Positions 1 through 8,547 of a DNA stretch of 32,000 bases are shown piece by piece (within the stretch, counting starts at the first letter, position 1; each line of letters begins with the position of its first letter). A program made the position numbers and the translations under genes. A model generated the notes under the pieces. It saw only the letters and a list, made by a program, of their open reading frames with translations. It was not told the DNA's origin and searched no databases. Origin of the DNA: Acaryochloris marina S15 (GTDB lineage Bacteria > Cyanobacteriota > Cyanobacteriia > Thermosynechococcales > Thermosynechococcaceae); NCBI RefSeq assembly GCF_018336915.1, contig NZ_CP064926.1, positions 1-32,000 on the forward strand, read 5' to 3'.

Positions 1-616
1 AGATGACTCGGTCTTCCGCACGACGTAGCTTCCGGATATGTCCAGCTTGGTCTTCCCAAAAGTCTTCGGAGGCGCATTGAACACTCGCCCACACTCCATC
101 AACAATCAGAATAAAAGGGGTTTTCTCAAGACGAGTTTGACGACTTTGGAGCATTTGCTTCTGAGCTTTGAGAGTAATCCGGTTAATGGCATTCACGGAT
201 AAAACTGCTCCCAGGATCTCATAGAGAGCTTCTTGCAAGTCTCGAAGCGATAAACCCATGACATACAAGCCCAGGCAAAACTCTAGAAGGCTACCGAGGG
301 CTCGTTGGTAACGCTCTAGAATCTTCCACTCTCGGTCTGCATTCCCTTTCCGTAGTTTCGGGACAGATAGTTGAGCAATCCTGCCGTACTGGGTATCAAG
401 AACCCGCTGATAATAGCCTGAACGTCGAGGGCGAGTCCCTTGAAGCTCTGATAGATAAGCTTGGACTTCTTCGTCTAGTGCTGACTCTACTGCTATCTGG
501 GTAACTCGGTTAGCCTCAAGGCGCAGGGTTGCTTCTAAAGCTTTGTTAATAGAGGCATATGAACTTTGAGACTGGATACGGATAATCTGCTGCTCACGTT
601 GGGAAATGTTCATCAA
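1..616 (-). CDS. IS256 (mutator-type) family transposase, N-terminal part, partial at window edge
   Basis: Identical to the 5' part of the complete 428-aa ORF 20270..21556. The start codon maps to 616 by the 20940 offset. Confidence 0.85.
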   Translation of the reverse strand, partial: MMNISQREQQIIRIQSQSSYASINKALEATLRLEANRVTQIAVESALDEEVQAYLSELQGTRPRRSGYYQRVLDTQYGRIAQLSVPKLRKGNADREWKILERYQRALGSLLEFCLGLYVMGLSLRDLQEALYEILGAVLSVNAINRITLKAQKQMLQSRQTRLEKTPFILIVDGVWASVQCASEDFWEDQAGHIRKLRRAEDRVI

Positions 617-690
617 GGAGTGCTCCGAATTCTCTATTATCAGAGCATTTCAGCTATTCCAGCTCATGGCGAATAAATCAAGACACTAAC
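1..690 (-). mobile_element. IS256-family insertion sequence, copy A (partial; continues left of the window)
   Basis: 1-690 is base-for-base identical to 20941-21630 (compared line by line). Identity stops exactly at the IS terminus ...agacactaac (690 / 21630). Confidence 0.9.
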
Positions 691-837
691 TACGAAGCGG
701 TCAAAGCTGCCCTGAAACTAGAGGTGAGCAATGGCCAGGTTGAGGGACAAAATAACCGATTGAAAATGGTCAAGCGCCAAATGTATGGGAGAGCTGGCCT
801 AGATCTCTTGAATAAACGCTTAGTGCTAACAAGCTAA
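691..837 (+). pseudogene. ISL3-family transposase, C-terminal fragment cut by IS256 copy A
   Basis: Frame from 691 reads YEAVKAALKLEVSNGQVEGQNNRLKMVKRQMYGRAGLDLLNKRLVLTS*. The SNGxxEGxNNxxKxxKRxxYG tail is typical of ISL3 transposases. The ORF begins abruptly at the IS256 end. Confidence 0.6.
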
Positions 838-1019
838 AACATCTTCTAGTCATGCTTTTAAGCCTTATTTTCCTTGCATCACCAAAAGAGGACAAGAGTC
901 TACTTCGGCGGCGAGTTGCATGTACCTCGGCACCTTAGTTTTGCTCCTGCACAGACCATCTTTTTGATGGAGTTGTTTTCAGTTCCCAAACAGGTAATTT
1001 CCAACGTTCACGGCATCTA

Positions 1020-2129
1020 ATGTCCTACCGTTCAACCAAGAACGCAGTGGGGCTAGGAGCTATGAAACATCGCAACCAAGGGAAATTACTATCGATGGTT
1101 AAATTTCGAGAGATCATCCGGCTCTATGAGCTCGGCTACAACCAAACCCAGATCGCGACCAGTTGTGTTGTGGCCCGTTCCACCGTTCAAGACTATATCC
1201 GCCGTGCGCAAGCTAAACATCTGAGCTACGAACAACTTCAAGGACTGACTGATAGCGAAGCTCAAGTCATGCTGGGCAAGCATCAATCTCGCCAAGCCAA
1301 ATATGACGAGATTGACTTTGAACCGATTCATACCGAATTGCAATCGAAAGGGATCACCCTCGCTCTGCTGTGGCAAGAAGGGATTGATCATCAAGAGTGG
1401 AGCTTGAGCTATGGTCAATTCTGCCGTCGCTACAACCAGTGGAAAGGACGTCACAACCTCTCCATGAGACAGGTTCATAAAGCTGGGGAGAAATTATTCG
1501 TCGATTATTGTGGGTTAACCATGCGTGTCCAAGATCCGATTACTGGTGAGGTCAGCGATGCCCAGATTTTCGTGGCTTGCCTAGGAGCGAGCAACTACAC
1601 CTTTGCAGAAGCAACGCCCACTCAAGCGATTCCCCACTGGCTCGGATCTCACCAACGAGCATTAGCCTTCTTTGGAGGTGTACCTGAGATTATCGTTCCG
1701 GATAATCTCAAATCTGGCATTAATGCAGCCTGTCGTTATGAGCCAGAGCTTAATCGCAGCTACCAGGAATTTGCAGAGCATTATGGGGTTGCCGTCATTC
1801 CCACCCGAGTCCGGAAACCCCGCGATAAAGCCAAGGTCGAAAAAGCGGTCCAGGAAGTAGAGCGTCAAATTATTGCCCCTTTGCGCCATGAGCAGTTCCA
1901 CAGTTTTCGCACCCTCAATGAAGCCATTGCCGTCAAACTCAAACGGCTCAACGAGCGAACCATGCAAGGGTATGGCATGTCTCGACAGCAACGGTTTGAG
2001 CAAATAGAACAATCGACTCTCAAGCCTTTACCGGTTTACCCCTTTGTCTTGGCGCAATGGAAACAAGCCAGACCTTGCTCATTACAATGCCCTCCTAGGC
2101 GTCAGATTTTCATTTTTTCTGACGAATAG
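1020..2129 (+). pseudogene. istA: IS21-family transposase IstA, C-terminally truncated, no istB partner
   Basis: N-terminal HTH (MVKFREIIRLYELGYNQTQIA) and a DDE core (DYCG...FVACLGASNYTFAE...VPDNLKSG...PTRVRKPRDKAKVE). Similarity ends near 2070 (..WKQARP) and is followed by unrelated residues. No AAA+ helper gene follows. The true start is probably internal (M at 1062 or 1095). Confidence 0.8.
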
Positions 2130-2171
2130 ACTGTTTGAGCGCTTAAAAAGCGCTCAAACAGTCTATTCGTC
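2121..2171. repeat. 51-nt perfect palindrome (24-bp stem, 3-nt loop)
   Basis: gacgaatagactgtttgagcgctt aaa aagcgctcaaacagtctattcgtc, with no mismatches. It sits at the junction between the truncated IS21 and a recombinase remnant. Confidence 0.9.
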
Positions 2172-2617
2172 ATCATAAGGTAATTGTCATGAGGTGGCCT
2201 ATGAATAATATAAGATTCCGGCAACTTTCCACCTCGAATATAGCGATACAACCAAATTCGGCTAACTCCTAGTTTCCAGGATAGGCCAAGAACAGTCCAC
2301 ATACCTTTTCTGCTAAACGACATTTATGATAGGAACTAGTGACCTGGTGTCGATGACGGATTTTGAAGACAGTACCACTCGAAACTTGAAAGTTTCGAGC
2401 AGACCGAAATCGTTCGTTAGTATCTTGGCAATTTGATTATCTGTTTTGTCCTCCTTCCATAATTTCCTAGCGCGCTCCACCAGTCTTGATAGCCTGTGAT
2501 GTCTGCTTGACAATGAAGAGGAGGACGCACAATCCCTTCAGAAAAATGGGTAGTGCTCATGCAGAGAAAGCCTGTGATCAGATTGTCACCAAATGACAGA
2601 AGAATCGAAGGATGCAT
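2172..2617 (-). pseudogene. Degraded C-terminal remnant of a recombinase-family (large serine recombinase-like) gene, several frameshifts
   Basis: Three overlapping minus-strand frames read ..RLVERARKLWKEDKTDNQIAKILTNDFG.., ..FQVSSGTVFKIRHRHQV.. and ..GMWTVLGLSWKLGVSRIWLYRYIRGGKLP.. (HTH-like). This resembles the tail of large recombinase-family proteins as I recall them. Weak. Confidence 0.3.
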
Positions 2618-2932
2618 TGGTCAGAAGACACTGCTGATGCTCTCGCTGCGATGAAGACGGTTATGTTAAATCAGGCATGGGATCTCTACTGGGTTGAACA
2701 GCAATTTCTGCCTCTCGCTACAACCCCTTAACCCAGACCTTTTGGCCGCTAACTTGGCACATTGGGCTGTCCGTTGCTTGATGGTCCAAGCAGCGGAACA
2801 CGGTGAGATTGCTCCTTTGAGCATAGGCTTCACTGGAACTCTCAAAGTTCTACGCAGAGCAGTCAACCCCGTAAATTCGTGCATAATTGATAAGTGAAAG
2901 ACAAGACTTTGAGCAAGTACAAGTCATTGCCA

Positions 2933-4306
2933 ATGTTGATGGCTGGGCAGATATTGCAAAAACGGTACCAATTGAGAGCGCAGTTGAGGGCTCAACCTAC
3001 TCGCCAAACCTGGTTAGCGGTAGATAGTCAGGCAGTGCCCGAACAGCAATTTGTAATTGTCAAATTTTTGGCCTTTGGTCGAGGTATGCAATGGGATGAA
3101 TTGAAATTGTTTGAGCGAGAAGTGCAAGTTCTCCAGCAGCTTGATCATCCCCATATCCCCAAGTACCTGGATTCTTTTCATCTCCAAAAACCAGAGCCCT
3201 GGCTAGGCCTCATCGAAGAATATATTCCAGGGACCAGTTTGCAAGCATTGGTCCAACAAGGACATCGGTTTTCGGAATCAGACATTTATGATTTAGCTGC
3301 TCAAGTACTAGAGATCTTGATCTATCTGCATGAGCAGAATCCCCCTATTCTCCATCGAGACATAAAACCTAGCAACCTGATCTTCACCCCTAACCAGCAA
3401 GTGTTTCTAGTGGACTTTGGAGCCGTACAAAACCAGTTGTCGCAAACAGGCACTTCCTTTACTGTTGTTGGCACCTACGGTTATACCCCCCTAGAGCAGT
3501 TTGGTGGACAGGCAGTGCCCGCATCTGATTTGTACAGTTTGGGAGCATCATTGGTGCACCTGCTCACAGGGATGGCACCAGCTGAATTAGCCCAATCCGA
3601 CTTGCGGTTACAGTTTCGTGATCGCATCACCCTCAGCAATCGATTAACTACATGGCTGGAAATATTGACTGCCCCCGCTTTAGCCGACCGATTCGAATCC
3701 GCCAGAGCTGCCTTGACGGCCCTGGTGTCACTCCCCTCTGACATGCCAGACTTGCCGCTCTCCTATGGGGATCACCAACGTCTTCAAATTGAGACTAGTC
3801 CTGAGTATTTGCAGGTTCGGATTGGCCCGATTTGGTCAGCACCTTTACTCAGGCTCCAAGATTTAGCAAACATGACTCTTCTCACCCTGTTAGGTCCCTT
3901 AGTATTCATTATCTTGGCCCTATTGCCCTTGGGCATGGTTTATACTCGCCAAGCCTTCAGTTCTGGCAACATTGGGGAAATCAGTGTGGGCATCCTATTA
4001 CTTTGCTTTGGAGGTGCTTCTTGGATTACAAGTTTGAACTGGCTTAAAGACAACCTCACCAGTACCTTGGTTGAGAGTTCTGAACAACGTTTAGTCATTA
4101 AATATCAACTCTTTGGGTGGACCTATTGGCAACAATGTCAGCCAATTGCTGACATTATCAGCATCTATGCCTTGCCCCTAGATCCAGAGAAAAATACAGT
4201 CATAATCCATTTCAAAGCTAGTTCTCCTCTAACTCTGGCTAACAACTTGGTCACTCAGGATAGTCAGGTATTGACCGACACCTTGCGAAACTGGTTCGCT
4301 TACTAA
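2933..4306 (+). CDS. Ser/Thr protein kinase (Hanks type) with two predicted TM helices and a ~90-aa C-terminal domain
   Basis: VIVK, HRDIKPSNLIF, DFG and GTYGYTPLEQ motifs. Hydrophobic stretches LLTLLGPLVFIILALLPLGMVY and ISVGILLLCFGGASWITSL. The track ORF opens at GTG 2894; ATG 2933 (MLMAGQILQKRY) fits the usual kinase N-terminus better. Confidence 0.85.
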   Translation: MLMAGQILQKRYQLRAQLRAQPTRQTWLAVDSQAVPEQQFVIVKFLAFGRGMQWDELKLFEREVQVLQQLDHPHIPKYLDSFHLQKPEPWLGLIEEYIPGTSLQALVQQGHRFSESDIYDLAAQVLEILIYLHEQNPPILHRDIKPSNLIFTPNQQVFLVDFGAVQNQLSQTGTSFTVVGTYGYTPLEQFGGQAVPASDLYSLGASLVHLLTGMAPAELAQSDLRLQFRDRITLSNRLTTWLEILTAPALADRFESARAALTALVSLPSDMPDLPLSYGDHQRLQIETSPEYLQVRIGPIWSAPLLRLQDLANMTLLTLLGPLVFIILALLPLGMVYTRQAFSSGNIGEISVGILLLCFGGASWITSLNWLKDNLTSTLVESSEQRLVIKYQLFGWTYWQQCQPIADIISIYALPLDPEKNTVIIHFKASSPLTLANNLVTQDSQVLTDTLRNWFAY

Positions 4307-4598
4307 GGATTGTGCCGACTATGAAGCCATGTATGGAGTCAATATAGGGGTTCAGGGTCTAGTGCGATGTAGAAAGCTAAGTGTTAGGGGATTAAATCTA
4401 ATCCTCATTCTTGAGCGGAGGGCCTTCCTTCCTTATGATGTCTATTTCATTATCCTCACGTAAAAGAGTCTCTGACTCCGGTCACATTGGTCTGAGTAAT
4501 TAGAACAATAGAATGCAGACCACGCAAGCGCCTAACCTGGGAGCCTAACCTGGAGATGGGCAAGAGGAAGTTCGGTATGGTTAACGAAAGTGAATCGT

Positions 4599-4821
4599 CC
4601 CTAGTGGTCATAAGTCGGTGTAAAGATCTAGCTTCGTCATAAGAACGATAAGCCAAGAGCTTCGTGTTAGCGTTACCCTTTTCTGGCAGCAGGATACAGG
4701 TATTGGGAAGTGTGTGAAATGAACACGCCGATACTAGAACACTTCCTAACTAGGAGCCTGGATCGATTAAGGAAGCTGTTTGAGACAGACTGATCTTTAC
4801 ACCGACTTATGACCACTAGGG
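4599..4821. repeat. MITE-like / long-hairpin unit bounded by a perfect 30-bp inverted repeat
   Basis: ccctagtggtcataagtcggtgtaaagatc (4599-4628) is the exact reverse complement of 4792-4821. The spacer is 163 nt. No credible ORF. Confidence 0.8.
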
Positions 4822-5408
4822 ATCAATCCTAAGTCCGTCTAATTGCTGTGAACTATGACACTTTGAGCAAATATTTTATCCTTCAATTGTCACAAAGCGA
4901 TACTGAGAGTGGCTTTCAGCATTTATATATAAAAAACATTATTATTTATAAATAGGATGTTGAGTTTTTAGTTTCTAAAAGTCTCTTGCTGTAGGTATTA
5001 CAGCGATCCTGTGGTAAAAATTGTGCTTATGTCGGCACGGGGTGAAGTGGAGAAAGCATCCACTCCTGTGAGTACAGGCATCGAGCCTTGAAAGATCTCA
5101 TCATGAAGACCCTGCTTAATAGTAGACAGGTCTTGAGCTTGGTTGATTTCTTCTGCCTTTGCAGCTGCGACTTGCAGACGATTGCGAACGGTTCCTACAC
5201 TGATAGACCAATCAAACAGATCGCGCAATAGCTCAACGACACCTCGATAGGAGCTGTGGCAGATCAACACCAAAGCTAGAATCAGCTGGAATAGCCAAGT
5301 TTTGGTGATTGGTAAATAGAACAGAACCTCGTCATCCCCTTTATCGCCGAGGAAGGATTCATTCAATGCTTGTGCAGCAATTTCCTCTTGCTCATACACA
5401 AACTTCCG

Positions 5409-6310
5409 GGTCGTGCCTCAAGTAATTGTGGGTTGAGTATACTAGAGGCTCAGCTCAGCTTCTAACCTACCCATGCAATGCCCACTATGCGGTCATTCCA
5501 AAGCACACAAGCATGGCAAGATGCCCAACATGCTTCAACGATACCGTTGTCCTGAGTGCCAGCAGACCTTTACTGAACGCTTTGATACCCTTTACTATCG
5601 TCGTCAGGTGAGTCCAGAGCAGGTCCGACAAGTTCTCCAAGCCCATGCAGAAGGGAGTAGTCTTCGAGGTATCACTCGGACCAGTGGCCTAGCTTACAAC
5701 ACTGTAGTCTCTCTAGTAAGAGCTGCTAGCCAACGATCTCAGCAACTCCATAATGGCCAAGTGCAAGCCGTTGAAACGGAGGATGTCAGTGCAGATGAAA
5801 TGTGGTCCTTTGTGAAAAAAAGCAAAAACACTGTCTTCCCCATGAGCTAGAGATGGGTGATTGTTGGATGGCGATTACCTTGGCAAACACAAGCGGCGTG
5901 ATCCTCTCGTGTCGTGTGGGCAAGCACACCGATTCATTATTGAATGAACTGGTGACTAGCACTGAAGGTAAGACCGATTGCAAGGACTGGAATAGCGACG
6001 ATTGGGGGGGTACGAAAGAGTGTTGCCTTGGGAGATTGACCATTACATTGGCAAGGACAGAACTCAACGACTCGAACGCACCAATGGCATTATTCGGCAG
6101 CACAGTGGTCGATGGCATCGACGCCAGAACAAATTTGGCAAAGTGTGGGCGCAAACCAAAGTCACTGCTCGATTAGTGGTCAGCTATTTCAATTGGATTT
6201 GGACACACAGTCGGCTTAAAACAACGGCGGCACAACGTGCTGATCTAGCCTCGCGAGCTTGGCATTGGGATGACATACTCACCTACCCCACAATTGTTTG
6301 ATGCACGACC
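5409..6310 (+). mobile_element. IS1-family insertion sequence, complete (902 bp) with 8-bp target-site duplication
   Basis: IRL ggtcgtgcctcaagtaattgtggg (5409-5432) matches the reverse complement of 6287-6310 (ggtcgtgcatcaaacaattgtggg) at 21/24. Direct repeat aacttccg lies at 5401-5408 and 6311-6318. Confidence 0.85.
5473..6301 (+). CDS. IS1-family transposase (InsA zinc-finger/HTH part plus DDE part); needs -1 shifts at A7 (5815-5821) and at G7 (6004-6010)
   Basis: CPLCGH..CPECQ zinc finger. DEMWSFVKK|KQKHC continues in the -1 frame at gtg aaa aaa agc. ..DWNSDDWGG|YERVLPWEIDHYIGKDRTQRLERTNGIIRQ continues in a further -1 frame at the G7 run. Confidence 0.75.
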
Positions 6311-6670
6311 AACTTCCGACTGACTTGATTCTCTCTGGCAATGCGAGCAATGGGTATGGATCTTGATAGAGACTGGATACCGATATCTTTCCGGATTTTT
6401 GGAGGAAGGGTAGTTGCAATGGCAGGGGTGGAAATCATACTCGGTGATCAAGTCAGAGGAGAAAACGACAAGCCTCCAGACTACCCTGATCGCTCATGAC
6501 ACTGTTACCCATGAATGAACCAGGCCGTATATTTTTGACTCACAGTGATTTCAGCAGTTTTAGTGCGTAATTTTATGGCGGGAAGAGAGTAAGATGGGCT
6601 GTCCTTTCTGATTCTTGGAAGTAGCTTTTAGTCTAAACTCCAATCCTTATATCTGGCGGACTACCACATT

Positions 6671-8380
6671 TTAGAGGTCTGCTTTTGGCTGAGAAGCTTC
6701 AAAACCTGCGATTGCCATCGGCAATGTCGGGAAAATATGCTCAGGATTGATTTGGTTCAAGAATTGAGATCGCAACAGTTGGCTATATAGATCCTGCTTC
6801 ATTCGTACTAGGGCAAAGATAATGCCTTGATCAGCTAATTCTTGGCGCAGCTCCTCCAGCATATCCACCGCTGTAATATCAATCTCGATAATGGCTTCCG
6901 TATTGAGTACAAACCATTCAACGGGAGAGCGTTCCGCCACAATGGATGCTAAGGCACGTTGCTTAAAATTCTCAGCATTTGCAAAACAGAGTGGTGCATC
7001 ATATCGATAAATCACAAGTCCAGGGATTGTCGTAGCACCATCCCAATCTTCAATATCATGGAGGCCTGCTAAACCAGGCACTTTTCCCTGCACCGCATCA
7101 TGGGGACGGGCCACCCGTGCAAACAGGTCAATCACAGATAAGCCTACAGCGATGGCGACACCAATCAAAATATCAGTCGCTAACACCGCAACCGTCGTGA
7201 TTAAAGCGAGTAAAAATTCATTCCGACGGAACCGCTTCAGACGCCGAAATTCAGCAATCTCGATTAGTTTAGTGGCAGCAAAAATGACGATGGCTCCCAA
7301 AGCAGCCGTCGGAAACAGGGACAGCAAAGGCCTTAGAAAAAGAAGCACCGAGATTAAACCCCCAAATGCTACCAAAGAATAAAGCTGAGTCTTGCTCCCT
7401 AAGGCATCCCCGATTACGGTGCGACTGCCGCTGCTGCTAACGGGGATTCCCTGCATCAAGCCTGTCCCGAGATTAGAAGCACCGAGGGCTAGCAGCTCTT
7501 GATTGGCATCAACTGTGTATTGATTTCGATTTGCAAAGGAACGGGCCGTCAGTACATTATCTGAATAGGCAACCACGGAAATACCCAGTGCGGCTGCCGT
7601 CAGTGAGGGGAGTTCAGTCACTGAAACTTTGGGAAGAGCAATGTGGGGGAAACCTGCGGGAATAGTGCCCACGACCACAACACCTTTTTGATCCAGGTCA
7701 AAAATCGCCACAGCCATTGTCGCTAGCAACACCGCAATCAGGGGACCGGGCGCTTGAGGAAAGCGCCTCTGAATCACGCATAAGAAAAAGAGGACCAGCC
7801 CTGCGACCATCGCAGTCGGCCAGTGGAGTTGCTCCAATTGGGTTAGAAATCCCTGGACTTCACCCAGAATGGTTTCAGCCTCAATGTTGATACCGCTCAC
7901 TTTACTGAGTTGACTGGTGATCATTAGCCCCGCTACGCCTGCCATATAGCCCGTCAAGATCGGTTTTGAGAGAAGGTCAGCCAGAAATCCGAGTCGGGCC
8001 AAATAAGCAACAACGCAGATCAGACCGACGAGGAGTGATGAAGTTGCTGCAAGACTGGCATAGTCGCTACCGCCTTTGGCTAGAGGTGCAATCGCAACGG
8101 CTGTCATTACCGCTGTTGTCGATTCTGGCCCTACCGAAAGTTGAGGAGAAGAACCGAAGAGTGTATAGATCAGCATCGGTGGCAAAATGGCCCACAAACC
8201 TGCCACCGGTTCAACCCCTGCCAACTCGCCATAGGCCATGCATTGCGGAATTAGATAGGCGGCAACCGTTATGCCTGCTAGCAAATCCCCTCGTAGCCAC
8301 TGATGTTGATAGGAGAGCAATCGCTGTAGTCCCGGTAGATAGGCTTGAATTGCAGTTAGGTTTTTAGATCGGATAGCCAA
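6671..8380 (-). CDS. SulP-family inorganic anion transporter with C-terminal STAS domain
   Basis: 569 aa with multiple TM segments (GDLLAGITVAAYLIPQCMAYGELAG, SVGPESTTAVM) and a C-terminal STAS-like region (VIYRYDAPLCFANAENF...IEIDITAVDMLEEL). Confidence 0.9.
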   Translation of the reverse strand: MAIRSKNLTAIQAYLPGLQRLLSYQHQWLRGDLLAGITVAAYLIPQCMAYGELAGVEPVAGLWAILPPMLIYTLFGSSPQLSVGPESTTAVMTAVAIAPLAKGGSDYASLAATSSLLVGLICVVAYLARLGFLADLLSKPILTGYMAGVAGLMITSQLSKVSGINIEAETILGEVQGFLTQLEQLHWPTAMVAGLVLFFLCVIQRRFPQAPGPLIAVLLATMAVAIFDLDQKGVVVVGTIPAGFPHIALPKVSVTELPSLTAAALGISVVAYSDNVLTARSFANRNQYTVDANQELLALGASNLGTGLMQGIPVSSSGSRTVIGDALGSKTQLYSLVAFGGLISVLLFLRPLLSLFPTAALGAIVIFAATKLIEIAEFRRLKRFRRNEFLLALITTVAVLATDILIGVAIAVGLSVIDLFARVARPHDAVQGKVPGLAGLHDIEDWDGATTIPGLVIYRYDAPLCFANAENFKQRALASIVAERSPVEWFVLNTEAIIEIDITAVDMLEELRQELADQGIIFALVRMKQDLYSQLLRSQFLNQINPEHIFPTLPMAIAGFEASQPKADL

Positions 8381-8547
8381 GTTTCACCTCATTGTGAAGG
8401 CGATTATTCTATCGCTCTCAATACGATCCTCTTTAATTCTTAAGCAACAAAAATGAAATTGTCAGTCATGAATATTGTGTGGATTTAGAATTCCCCTCAA
8501 TTCTGGCTTGGGAGCTGTAGCGTGAAGGATTTATGGTTGTGTCGCAA

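Larger units (their letters stand above)
4998..6438 (-). pseudogene. Transposase (family unassigned; N-terminal HTH) interrupted by the IS1 element and truncated at its 3' end
   Basis: Removing 5409-6318 (the IS plus one TSD copy) restores one ORF from ATG 6438: MISTPAIATTLPPKIRKDIGIQSLSRSIPIARIARENQVSRKF|VYEQEEIAAQ...HDEIFQGSMPVLTGVDAFST. Similarity to transposases ends near 5040. Confidence 0.6.

Noticed and set aside
1089-2012. Track ORFs antisense to or overlapping the IS21 istA frame (1089..1478, 1662..2012, 1672..1860)
   Set aside because: They are shadow ORFs inside a frame with clear IstA motifs. They have no motifs of their own.
2670-2896. Possible C-terminal remnant of a DDE transposase (..GEIAPLSIGFTGTLKVLRRAV..) just upstream of the kinase
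   Set aside because: There is only a vague resemblance to IS4-type tails, with no catalytic motif and no terminal repeat. I cannot support a call.
4530-4555. 13-nt tandem duplication gcctaacctggga/gcctaacctggag as a possible repeat array
   Set aside because: There are only two units with no spacers or further copies nearby. It is not a CRISPR or a satellite, and is mentioned only as context for the 4.3-5.0 kb gap.
6245-6451. 68-aa Cys/His-rich ORF (MITEYDFHPCHCNY...) that looks like a zinc-finger
   Set aside because: It runs across the IS1 terminus. A different frame starting at ATG 6438 continues seamlessly across the IS1 excision point into the 4998..5399 transposase ORF, so that frame is the real one.
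7152-8367. Plus-strand ORFs inside the SulP gene (7152..7382, 7966..8367)
   Set aside because: They lie antisense to a well-supported 569-aa transporter. They are arginine/proline-rich and of low complexity, as is typical of antisense frames.
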